From NCBI GenBank assembly GCA_002633005.1, contig NMRA01000107.1, forward strand, positions 356,831-390,883: a stretch of DNA of 34,053 nucleotides. Direction: 5' to 3'. A model generated the notes under the pieces. That model saw only the letters and a list, made by a program, of their open reading frames with translations, was not told the DNA's origin and ran no database searches. Source of the DNA: Phoronis australis. Lineage: Eukaryota; Animalia; Phoronida. This document shows, piece after piece, positions 13,201 through 22,940 of this stretch; the stretch's first letter is position 1; each line of letters begins with the position of its first letter. The translations under genes and the position numbers were made by a program.

Positions 13201-16200
13201 TCTTAGGCTACACTCAAAAGTCCTTGAAAAGTCCTGGTTTGAAATTTTTGGTCAAAGTTTTGTGCAAACCACGAGTCATGTAAAATATAAACTCACGAGT
13301 GTATCATCATTACACTCTGAGTACTACATGTATTGTATGCTTGGGCATTAACCTGTATAACTGGATAATTGGTGAGTCACTAAGTACTACCAGTTCATAA
13401 AGTAATGAAAGCTAGATAATGAAGTTGACTTGTCAGTCAATTTGAAGACTGGCAATACTGATTTCACCCATAATGAAGAGTACACTCAAAAATCGAGATA
13501 CGCATTCCAACCTAAGAAAAACGAGAAGAAGCATTAGTCAACTTAAATGATTCAGGCTGGTCAACTTTATCCCATCTGTTAATTGCACAGTGTCAAACTG
13601 ATATCACTCTACAAAATTGCGCTTAAACAGTTGCTTTGGTAGCAATGTTTAATTGTAATGTTTACTGTTCACACAGTGTAATTAGTAGACTGCAAGGTTA
13701 ACAAAAGTACCCAATTGAGTTGACCTGTGTAGAGTTCATTAACACTTGGACCTCGGTAGAAAAGCAAAAAGTTTGCAAGATTACACGAGATATTGCCATG
13801 TATTTTGAATGAGAGTGCGCGATTTTGGCTAGATTTTTCTCGCCGCCAGACAGATATTGAACTCTACCCAGTTGTTGCCAAATGCTCTTACACTATCATT
13901 TCTGAAGGCCAAAGGAACACAGATGGAGAATAAAGGCAGCCATAGGGGCACACAATAACAGTCATTTGTGATGAATTTCTCACTGTATTGGCCAATTCTG
14001 AATACATGGTATGTATGAACTGAGCACCATCTGGTGGGGGCTCATGTAACTATCTTCTCATCTAGGTACTTGATCTTCTACTCTCCATTTGACCTGGCTT
14101 ACAAGATGGTGCGCTTTCTTCCTCTCCGACTCGTCATCGTCGTTTTCAAGGAGGTGCAGCGGACCAAAAATATTTACGATGGTGTGAAGTACGCCTTCAA
14201 GCTATACCCTAACGAGTATCTCTACATGGTCGTCTTAGGTGTTACAAAAGGTAGGATCACCTAGCCACATGTATAGTGTAGTATGGTTTCTCTTATCCAG
14301 GCTAACCTAACAGCATAGCTTCCACGCTTATGAACACAATTCCTCACGATGAACATGACTCACAGACCAAACAGTCTTGGTTCACTAAGTCACAATTTTC
14401 TGCCTGGATTTACAAACGCAGCACACAGTCTACATCTGTGTACTGTGTGTGGCCGATAGTACGCCATGTTTGTGAGTTGGGAGCTCTGTGCGTAAGTCGT
14501 GTTTGGTGAGTCCGGCACCGTGTTTGGCGGTCAGTGAACTGCGTTTGTGAGCTGGTGAATTGAGTCTGTAGCAACTGTGAGCCGTGTTTGCAAGTGAGGA
14601 ACTATGTGAGTGCGACGTCATATTGTTCGGCAGCTTGGTAGTTCTGCAGGCTGTGGGAGCTGAGAGTAAGGGATTAATAGAGAACATATTGGGATTACTT
14701 GGACATTTTCAGAATGTTTTGTTAACACGTCTTGCACTATCTTGCATGCTTGTGCAGTTCCTGAGCTGTGCATCGGAATTCATGAATTTTTCAAGCCTTA
14801 TGTCAATGTGCATTGTGGGTTTAATATGTACTAGTATGTGTATTTGAGTGTTGGAACTCAGTGTCAATTTCATTGCCAAGCTATATATCAGATGGTGAGC
14901 TTCACTTTCGAGGAACTGTTTTGTACCTAATGCGGTCGCTTGTCACCTAACCTGTTTCTAGGTGCTGGTGCTAATTTGCTCAGGCCGATAGCCAGAATCA
15001 CCACCGGCTTGTGGCTCCCCAACAGAAACGAGTTTTTACAACCTGATTTGTAAGTAGTTGTTTGACTGTGTACATGATACAGCATGGTGACGTGACTGGG
15101 AGTTGCGCATTTAGTGGGGAGGCCTTTTGTGAAGACACTTATGTTCATAAAACGAAAAGGAAACTTCCAGTTACACGGAAGATACATCCCAGCATCTCCC
15201 GAGACACCATGCTGTATGAAGTTTTCAGTGAGCAGACAGGGTGGTTGGCCTGCCATTACAGCTTCTGCAATGCTGTGGTGGAATATACCTGTCGCGATAT
15301 TTTGAGCCCAAAACTAATTTCCCGTAGACATGAAGTTTGGCCATCATCTCTTTCTGCTCCTGAAAGTAGTCTTGTGTTGCAAGTTTTACCTCAGTTTACA
15401 ACATTTGCAGCATTGTTCTCGGTGCAACTATCTGGGACATCACTTGGTTATTCAAGAATAATTTGAAATATCTTTTGGGTGGGTTGTCCCTTGTCAGAAA
15501 TGGTCAAATTTTCTTAAAATAAAGATATTTTCGAACTTGATGTATGTAATTTTACCTTGTTGACCACCAAGTAAAATCACTTATTACTCGTGTCAATCTT
15601 ACAAGAAAGGAACATCTATTCCATTGATTTCGCCATCTGTTGTTTATAGCTGAGTTAAAACTTGGAGCACTCTTTATTGGGAACAACTAGCATAGCAACT
15701 GAAGACTGGAGAATGTGAAAATTACTGGTCTGGAATTGTTGCATGTGCTGCTTGGTCCCTCAACAGATGCTGTAGTCATGGCAACTTGGGTTGCCGTGGT
15801 TCCATGCAGTTCTTGTTGGTATGTGTTATTGACAGTTTCTTATGTGGTGCCACCTGTTGTTAGGAAATGCTTATGGATTTATTCGACCGGTTGAACGCCT
15901 GATCCGAGGTGTCTGGATCCCCTCGTTGAGCGAATTTCTTGCACCGTCGTTGTGAGTATATGGTGACAAATTGGCATGCTTGCATGCCTTTGGTTACCAT
16001 AGTTACAGCCTGCCATTAGATTCCGTTGGCGCTTCCTGTTTTCATAGCCCTTATTTTCTGTTCTCATAATTCATTTTTTCCTTAAACCTGCGTTTTGTAG
16101 TCAGTCGTAGTCTGGGTATTAATTATCTGTTCCGATGACATGCGCCTGGACGCAACCAGCTTGACATTACATTAACAACCCTGATAGCTGGCAAATACAC

Positions 16201-19200
16201 CAGTCACCACACAAACTTGTTCAATGATCTTCAAGTGCTTTATATGCTCACATGCCCACATCTTTGTCCTCTCAAATTGCACTACTGGCGACGCAATAAG
16301 TCATGTAACTTCACGTCGTCCACTCATTCTCACCAGCTTGGGATCTTGTGCTTCTAGTCTCTCATCACTACCTTCAGCTCATAGTTCGGAATTTGAACGT
16401 GTGCTCTGTATACTCACCCAACACCCATCCTCATTCTGTTTGTACCTGACAGCAACGTACCATAGACACCTTAAGTGTGCTATCAAGGCTAGTGAAAGTA
16501 TACTAGGTTAAAAAAAAGTTATGTCGGTAAAATACAATTTTGTTTTGAGTGTAACCACCCTTTGTCAGCCGTACGTCACTGGCGAGGGGCTATGCCCGCA
16601 AAATTCGACCATTTTGTTACAAAGATCTGTTCTTTTTTATCTTATCTATTACTTTGGTAAGTGCTTCATCACCATCATTTTAGTCTCGTTTTTCAAAGTA
16701 AACTGTTCATCAAAATTTAAAATTTCCGTGGAGTCACCACCATGTTAAAACATGAAATTTATGTTTTGTTTTTATGACTGTTAGTGTTACAAAAGCAGAC
16801 GTAGAATGTAAATTTGTTGATGAAGCAGTGCTGTTCTTCCAACATTGGGTTCGTTCGAAAAAACAGTAAGCTGATTCTTCCCGGTCTTTTTATCTATCAG
16901 TTTTCTTTTTTTATGCGCCCACATATTTATATGTGGACGCATTATGCCGTCATCTCCGTCCTTCCGTCCGTCCGGGCGGCGTCCGTCCGGCGTCCGCTGC
17001 TTTATCTCCAAAACCCTTTGACATAAGTTCATAAAATTTGGCACATATGTTCCATTCATGAATGGGACAGCATGTGCGAACTTTCGGACGGATCCGACTA
17101 CCGGTGTGCCCCCTAGTGGCAATTTTAATTTTTTTACACTTACCTTTGTATCTTCAAAAGTCCTGAACGGATTTTCATGAAATTTTGTATGTAGGCACCT
17201 ATTAGTGAGGTGGCGCTATCCTCCCGTTTTCAGATGGATTCGACCTAGTTTGCGACACCCAGAGGCCATTTTCACTGTTTTTGAGTCTGTTTTTTGGCGT
17301 CCACCTCTCTATCAACCAAACCGCTATAAGTATGATTGTGAAAATTGGCATGTATGTTCTTACTATGAAGAGAACGGTTGATGCTGAATTTCCCATGACT
17401 TTGATTACTGTGGCGCCTCCTAGTGGCAGTTTTTTTTTTGCGCCCATGGCTGTATCTCCCAAACCCTTTGCAGGATCTTTACTAAATTTAGCAAGTGTAT
17501 TTATGTGATGTTGACAACGGACGATGACAACTTTAGGGTGATTCTGACTACTGGTATGCCTTTAGTGGCAATTTTAGTATTTTACATTGACCTCTGTATT
17601 TTCATAGGTCTTCAGGTGTATACTTTGTGTTACTTCGTGACTATGAAGGAAAAGTTCCAAGTAGAAATTTGTTTCTGGCATTCTAATGCAGTGCTAATCT
17701 CGTATGTTGGTAAACTTGTTTTTAATTCTATGTTTCTGTGGTGCTTTAAGCAACTGATGTATAGGATGTGCTTGCATTATGAAGATCACTCACATTTTGC
17801 CCCTAGCCTATTGAGGAGACAATGACCATGCCTCTCCATTTTGCAAAGTACAACATACTACATATATGCCCTCTACTGGCCACTTTATGGTATCAATAAA
17901 CAACCCTAAAAGGATACCGTATACGGTGCAATTGTGGGCGCATTTCACCGCTCTGCGTTGCTCTTGTTAAACTCGTTATAAATTAGAATCTTCAGGTAGC
18001 ATAGCAAGCATAGTAATATGTTGATGGCATGAACAGCAAGTTGCTCAGCAGTGGTTCCTGGCCATGTGATGGTTGTGGTATACATTTAATTATTTGTTTA
18101 ATGAAAACAACGGAATGATATTGTGATTCATGTGAACTATGAAGGTATCAAGGATCGCGACATTATTGAAGCCCGGGTAAATCTTTTCTATCCGTGTTAC
18201 CAATGGCAGTACGCCGGGTCATATCTAAGATGGTTCTAAGCACGCTATTGCAAACACAATGCTGCATTTTATTATTAAAGTGAAACATTGATAATTATTA
18301 TAACAGTTGGACAGATTATAAAGTTTATAATTACTGTATAAATTGGACAGATTATGAAGTTTTACTCCAAATTACCAGTTTTTAAACTTGTATTTTGGAT
18401 TCAATTATTCTTCATATTGACTGCTCATACATACCTTAATATTGACCACTGATATTGTAAAGTGATTCCTTTTAAAACCTTGTTTGTAAAGTAATGCAGA
18501 CTTCATCATTATTTGGTCCGTGGATGTTCTCATTCACAAGCCAATACTTATCACTGCACCACCAGCATCACACCAAACTTGCAAGTCTTAATATGCCATC
18601 TTCTTTGTTTGGCGTTCGAAATCCACGGCTGTATCACCTAAACCTCCTCCCTTTTAGGGTCTTGGTGAGATTTAGCAACTTTGTCTCTGTGAAGGTGACA
18701 AGTGATGGCAACGAGTTTCGGACTGATCCTACTACCGCTGTGCCCCCTAGTGGCAATTTTAGATGTTTGCCTCTGCATCTTTTTGAGTTCCTTGATGAAT
18801 TGTCGTTGTCTTTTGTCTTTGGCAAATATGTGTCTGTAAGGAGATGATAACGCCTTCCCATTTTAGATGTATTTGACGTGTTCTGAATCACCTAGTGGCT
18901 AGTTTTTGAATTTTCAAGTCATTAACACCCGCCTCTCTTTCCGCCAAATATCTCAAAGAGTCATCATGAAAATTGGCAGTTGTGTTCCTAATGAGAAGAG
19001 TGTAGATTACGTTGATTTTCAGATGGTTTCAACTAATCCAGTCCTCTCTAGTGCCCTTTGCCTACACTACTGTATCTCCTTCACCCTTCTCTTGATGATC
19101 AAATTGTGCTCAGCTGCAGTGTGGGCAACGTGGGTTTGAGATGACACTAATACTCCTTTACCATACCCCATTGAGTGATCACCTGACACCAGATTACTGT

Positions 19201-22200
19201 CAAGGAGTATAATGCCTAAAAACCCCATGTACACTATTTACGGTATACGTGCATATTTAGTCCCATGTGTCTATTTGTATAGCTGAGCCTATACCCTGGA
19301 TTATGTGCATGCGCCTGTACATGTACGTAAACTGGTACATGTTGACATTGATTCACATTACTGTAAGTTAAAAGCATTGAGAAGTGTCATTAAGCACAGT
19401 GTGCCAGCATTACACATGCACATGCAGAGGATAGCTGCCTATTCCTGTAAGTGAACTTTAAGTGCTGANNNNNNNNNNNNNNNNNNNNNNNNNNNNNNNN
19501 NNNNNNNNNNNNNNNNNNNNNNNNNNNNNNNNNNNNNNNNNNNNNNNNNNNNNNNNNNNNNNNNNNNNNNNNNNNNNNNNNNNNNNNNNNNNNNNNNNNN
19601 NNNNNNNNNNNNNNNNNNNNNNNNNNNNNNNNNNNNNNNNNNNNNNNNNNNNNNNNNAATACACCAGTCACCACACAAACTTAATACACCAGTCACCACA
19701 CAAACTTAATACACCAGTCACCACACAAACTTAATACACCAGTCACCACACAAACTTAATACACCAGTCACCACACAAACTTAATACACCAGTCACCACA
19801 CAAACTTAATACACCAGTCACCACACAAACTTAATACACCAGTCACCACACAAACTTAATACACCAGTCACCACACAAACTTAATACACCAGTCACCACA
19901 CAAACTTAATACACCAGTCACCACACAAACTTAATACACCAGTCACCACACAAACTTAATACACCAGTCACCACACAAACTTAATACACCAGTCACCACA
20001 CAAACTTGTTCAATGATCTTCAAGTGCTTTATACGCTCACGTGGCCACATCTTTGTCCTCTCAAATTGCACTACTGGCGACGCAATAAGTCATGTGACTT
20101 CACGTCGTCCACTCATTCTCACCAGCGTGGGATCTTGTGCTTCTAGTCTCTCATCACTACCTTCAGCTCTTAGTTCGGAATTTGAACGTGTGCTCTGTAT
20201 ACTCACCCAACACCCATCCTCATTCTGTTTGTACCTGACAGCAATGTACCATAGACACCTTAAGTGTGCTATCAAGGCTAGTGAAAGTATACTAGGTTAA
20301 AAAAAAGTTATGTCGGTAAAATACAATTTTGTTTTGAGTGTAACCACCCTTTGTCAGCCGTACGTCACTGGCAAGGGGCTATGCCCGCAAAGTTCGAACA
20401 TTTTGTTACAAAGATCTGTTCTTTTTTATATTATCTATTACTTTGGTAAGTGCCTCATCACCATCATTTTAGTCTCGTTTTTCAAAGTAAACTGTTCATC
20501 AAAATTTAAAATTTCCTTGGAGTCACCACCATGTTAAAACATGAAATTTATGTTTTGTTTTTATGACTGTTAGTGTTACAAAAGCAGGCGTAGAATGTAA
20601 ATTTATTGATGAAGCAGTGCTGTTCTTCCAACATTGGGTTCGTTCGAAGAAACAGTAAGCTGATTCATTGCTTTATTCTTCCCGGTCTTTTTATCTCTCA
20701 GTTTTCTTTTTTTAAACTCGTTATAAATTAGAATCTTCAGGTAGCATAGCAAGCATAGTAATATGTTGATGGCATGAACAGCAAGTTGCTCAGCAGTGGT
20801 TCCTGGCCATGTGATGGTTGTGGTATATGTTTAATTACTTGTTTAATGAAAACAACGGAATGATATTGTGATTCATGTGAACTATGAAGGTATCAAGGAT
20901 CGCGACATTATTGAAGCCTGTGTTACCAACGGCGGTACGCTGGGTCATATCTAAGATGGTTCTAAGCATGTTATTGCAAACACAATGCTGCATTTTATTA
21001 TTAAAATGAAACATTGATAATTATTATAACAGTTGGACAGATTATAAAGTTTATAATTATTGTATAAATTGGACAGATTATGAAGTTTTGCTCCAAATTA
21101 CCAGTTTTTAAACTGGTGTTTTGGATTCAGTTATTCTTCATATTGACTGCTCATACATACCTTAATATTGACCACTGATATGGTAAAGTGATTCCTTTTA
21201 AAACCTTGTTTGTAAAGTAATGCAGACTTCATCATTATTTGGTCCGTGGATCTTCTCATTCACAAGCCAATACTTATCACTGCCCCACCAGCACCACACC
21301 AAACTTGCAAGTCTTAATATGCCATCTTCACCTAAACCTCCTCCCTTTTAGGGTCTTGATGAGATTTAGCAACTTTGTTTCTGTGAAGGTGACAAGTGAT
21401 GACAACGAGTTTCGGACTGATCCTACTACCGCTGTGCCCCCTAATGGCAATTTTAGATGTATGCCTCTGCATCTTTTCGAGTTCCTTGATGAATTGTCGT
21501 TGTCTTTTTTCTTTGGCAAATATGTGTCTGTAAGGAGATGATAACGCCTTCCCATTTTAGATGTATTTGACGTGTTCTGAATCGCCTAGTGGCCAGTTTC
21601 TGAATTTTCAAGTCGTTAACATCCGCCTCTCTTTCCGCCAAATATCTCAAAGAGTCATCATGAAAATTGGCAGTTGTGTTCCTAATGAGAAGAGTGTGGA
21701 TGACTTTGATTTTCAGATGGTTTCAACTAATCCAGCCCTCTCTAGTGCCCTTTGCCTACACTACTGTATCTCCTTCATCCTTCTCTTGATGATCAAATTG
21801 TGCTCAGCTGCAGTGTGGGCAACGTGGGTTTGAGATGACACTAATACTCCTTTACCATGCCCCATTGAGTGATCACCTGACACCAGATTACTGTCAAGGA
21901 GTATAATGCCTAAAAACCCCATGTACACTATTTACGGTATACGTGCATATTTAGTCCCATGTGTCTATTTGTATAGCTGAGCCTATACCCTGGATTATGT
22001 GCATGCGCCTGTACATGTACGTAAACTGGTACATGTTGACATTGATTCACATTAACATTGACTATTACTGTAAGTTAAAAGCATTGAGAAGTGTCATTAA
22101 GCACAGTGTGCCAGCATTACACATGCACGTGCAGAGGATAGCTGCCTATTCCTGTAAGTGAACTTTAAGTGCTGACCTCTTAATGTGTGAACCCCTTCGC

Positions 22201-22940
22201 CAGGAAAATATTTTCGCGGAAACTGATTGTATATAAGTGCATGAGCTCACAACGTAATGGGTGTGCTTCTTTCCCCTGGATCAGCCACTACGAAGTGACA
22301 GGCCTACAGTCTGATCAGGTTGCAACTGTTGTTGCGGTCAGCATTTGTTGTCATGAATCAGGATTTTGAATAAAATCCTTTGGTCATTGCTTAAGTTTTA
22401 AAAATGGATTATTTTTTACAACTTGGCGTTTTCTTTGTTTTGGTACGAAAATTAAATCGTGTTAACTTCGCCGTTCATTCAGTGCCTGCTATCAATCAAG
22501 ATTCCAGTTGTTTCATTTGTAAATGCAAACCTTTACTGAACAATGTTGGCTTTTATAAACACTCTCATGGACTTTTTTTTTTGAACACTAGCTGCTGTAT
22601 TGTGCTTATCTAATTATGTTCGTGTTTTGTAATTTGAATATCCTGTTTTGTTCCTAGTATCACCAAGGCTAGTCTCATCACGTCAGTATTCTTCATCTTG
22701 GAGCACGAGCGTTATATCACCATCCCTCACGCCATACTCTATTTTGCCGTCGTGGTATTTCTGGTCTACTTCCGACTTTCGGCCGTTCTCCTCGGTGTGC
22801 AAGACCCATTTGTTCCCTTCGAGAACCTCTTCTGTTCCGTCTTCATGGGAGGTATGTGGGATGCGCTGAAGCGTGTCACCACAGAGCCGGCCAATGACAG
22901 CAATGATGTGAAGGCCACTGGTGACAAGAAGAAGGACTAA
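1126..22940 (+). CDS. TMEM38: Trimeric intracellular cation channel (TRIC/TMEM38), spliced: join(1126..1249,12467..12623,14066..14250,[14962..15049 or 15864..15951],22658..22940), 278 aa
   Basis: Hand-spliced exons of 124+157+185+88+283 = 837 nt keep one frame, and all introns are GT-AG. The protein carries the family motifs MWPYFDVAH, RKHP, CFAGG, WYLIFYSPFD, KEVQRT, KG, GxWxP and DPFVPFENLFC. Confidence 0.96.
1674..1828 (+). mobile_element. tRNA-derived SINE copy
   Basis: Pol III A box TGGCTCAGAGTTG (1684-1696) and B box GGTTCGAATCC (1727-1737). The body GCAGGCAATCAAGCATTGCACAAA...GAATGAATGAGAACC is shared with a second copy at 7946-8098. Confidence 0.75.
2538..2775. mobile_element. MITE-like element with ~31-bp terminal inverted repeats
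   Basis: CTGTCTTTTATCTATCCAGAACGAAATCTGC (2538-2568) matches the reverse complement of 2745-2775 at 25/31 positions. The interior is non-coding. Confidence 0.55.
4738..4830. repeat. Degenerate (ATC/ATT)n trinucleotide low-complexity tract
   Basis: Runs such as ATCATCATG and ATTATCATCATCATCATTG. These explain the Ile-rich spurious ORF 4708-5037. Confidence 0.55.
7946..8098 (-). mobile_element. tRNA-derived SINE copy, same family as 1674-1828, opposite orientation
   Basis: The reverse complement reads GTGTGGCTCAGTGGTTGG...GTTCAAATCCTAGCTTTACTGGCAGACAATCGAGCATTGCACAAAAATG...GAATGAATGAGAACC. An A-rich tail-like sequence lies near 7895-7912. Confidence 0.75.
8305..10805 (+). mobile_element. Tandem array (~1.16-kb unit, about two copies plus an internal duplication) of a Helentron/HINE-like non-autonomous element
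   Basis: Sequence from 8305 is nearly identical to sequence from 9804, and 8810-9120 recurs from 9125 and from 10300. GTC-rich microsatellite at 9570-9610 and 10728-10770. Diverged ~150-bp internal subrepeats start near 9664, 9812, 9969 and 10112. A hairpin-like end CAGCTGGCTGGCTTTCAGTT is present. The family assignment is inference. Confidence 0.6.
12467..12623 (+). CDS. TMEM38: TMEM38 exon 2 (SVVFARKHPFACYVSCMIMCFAGGMLSNLLIGESPLSPLKNEKSVLLASAV-W)
   Basis: Acceptor TTTGCAG|, donor |GTAAGC, 157 nt, with RKHP and FAGG motifs. Confidence 0.95.
12925..13273. mobile_element. Degenerate hAT-like MITE
   Basis: The ends CATGGTTTGTACA and TGTGCAAACCACG are 11/13 inverted, with subterminal (GT)CCTTGAA repeats at both ends. 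No intact 8-bp TSD is visible. Confidence 0.5.
14066..14250 (+). CDS. TMEM38: TMEM38 exon 3 (YLIFYSPFDLAYKMVRFLPLRLVIVVFKEVQRTKNIYDGVKYAFKLYPNEYLYMVVLGVTK-G)
   Basis: Acceptor CATCTAG|, donor AAG|GTAGGA, 185 nt, conserved KEVQRT motif. Confidence 0.96.
14962..15049 (+). CDS. TMEM38: TMEM38 exon 4a (GAGANLLRPIARITTGLWLPNRNEFLQPDF)
   Basis: Acceptor TTTCTAG| with a CCTAAC branch-like motif, donor |GTAAGT, 88 nt, phase 1 to phase 2, open frame. Confidence 0.88.
15864..15951 (+). CDS. TMEM38: TMEM38 alternative exon 4b (GNAYGFIRPVERLIRGVWIPSLSEFLAPSF)
   Basis: Acceptor TGTTGTTAG|, donor |GTGAGT, 88 nt, same phases as 4a, open frame. It keeps the family ERLxRGxWxP...EFLxPS pattern. Confidence 0.88.
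16913..17968 (+). mobile_element. Complete Helentron-associated non-autonomous element (HINE/DINE-1-like), 1056 bp
   Basis: 11-bp sub-TIRs ATGCGCCCACA (16913-16923) and TGTGGGCGCAT (17933-17943), 5' internal inverted copy (16932-16942), (GTCC)n microsatellite (~16955-16997), ~147-bp core repeats, and a 3' stem-loop followed by CTCTTGTT. It sits in a T-run and is absent from duplicate copy B at 20713/20714. Confidence 0.85.
18605..19255 (+). mobile_element. Older degenerate HINE-family fragment (also in copy B at ~21325-21950)
   Basis: It shares the core TTTCGGACxGATCCxACTACCGxTGTGCCCCCTAGTGGCAATTTT, the TGAAAATTGGCA motif and a related 3' region with 16913-17968. Confidence 0.7.
19469..19657. 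other. Assembly gap (189 N)
   Basis: Run of N. Single N positions also occur at 8304 and 27712, each next to a repeat. Confidence 0.99.
19658..20007. repeat. 25-bp minisatellite (AATACACCAGTCACCACACAAACTT) x14, running into the gap
   Basis: Fourteen perfect copies cover 350 bp. The unit is single-copy at 16194-16218. Confidence 0.97.
22658..22940 (+). CDS. TMEM38: TMEM38 last coding exon (ITKASLITSVFFILEHERYITIPHAILYFAVVVFLVYFRLSAVLLGVQDPFVPFENLFCSVFMGGMWDALKRV...DKKKD*)
   Basis: Acceptor TTCCTAG|, phase 2, stop TAA at 22938-22940. The C-terminal KKKD resembles a dilysine ER-retrieval signal. Confidence 0.95.

Larger units (their letters stand above)
16194..22175. repeat. Near-identical tandem duplication: copy A 16194-19468, copy B 19983-22175, separated by an N gap and a minisatellite
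   Basis: The sequences are collinear and near-identical, for example the ORF pairs 16224/20013 and 16521/20310. Copy A stops exactly at the gap. Probably two alleles. Confidence 0.92.

Noticed and set aside
14940-15969. Docking/selector pairing between TTGTCACC (14940-14947) and GGTGACAA (15962-15969)
   Set aside because: Only 8 bp, and it would loop out both exons. A covariation analysis would be needed to revive it.
19658-20007. CRISPR-like array of 25-bp repeats
   Set aside because: The units are contiguous with no spacers, the context is a eukaryotic intron, and there are no cas genes. It is a minisatellite.
22648-22869. 73-aa ORF overlapping the last TMEM38 exon
   Set aside because: This is the shifted frame reached only if both exon 4 variants are skipped. 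There is no independent evidence for it.
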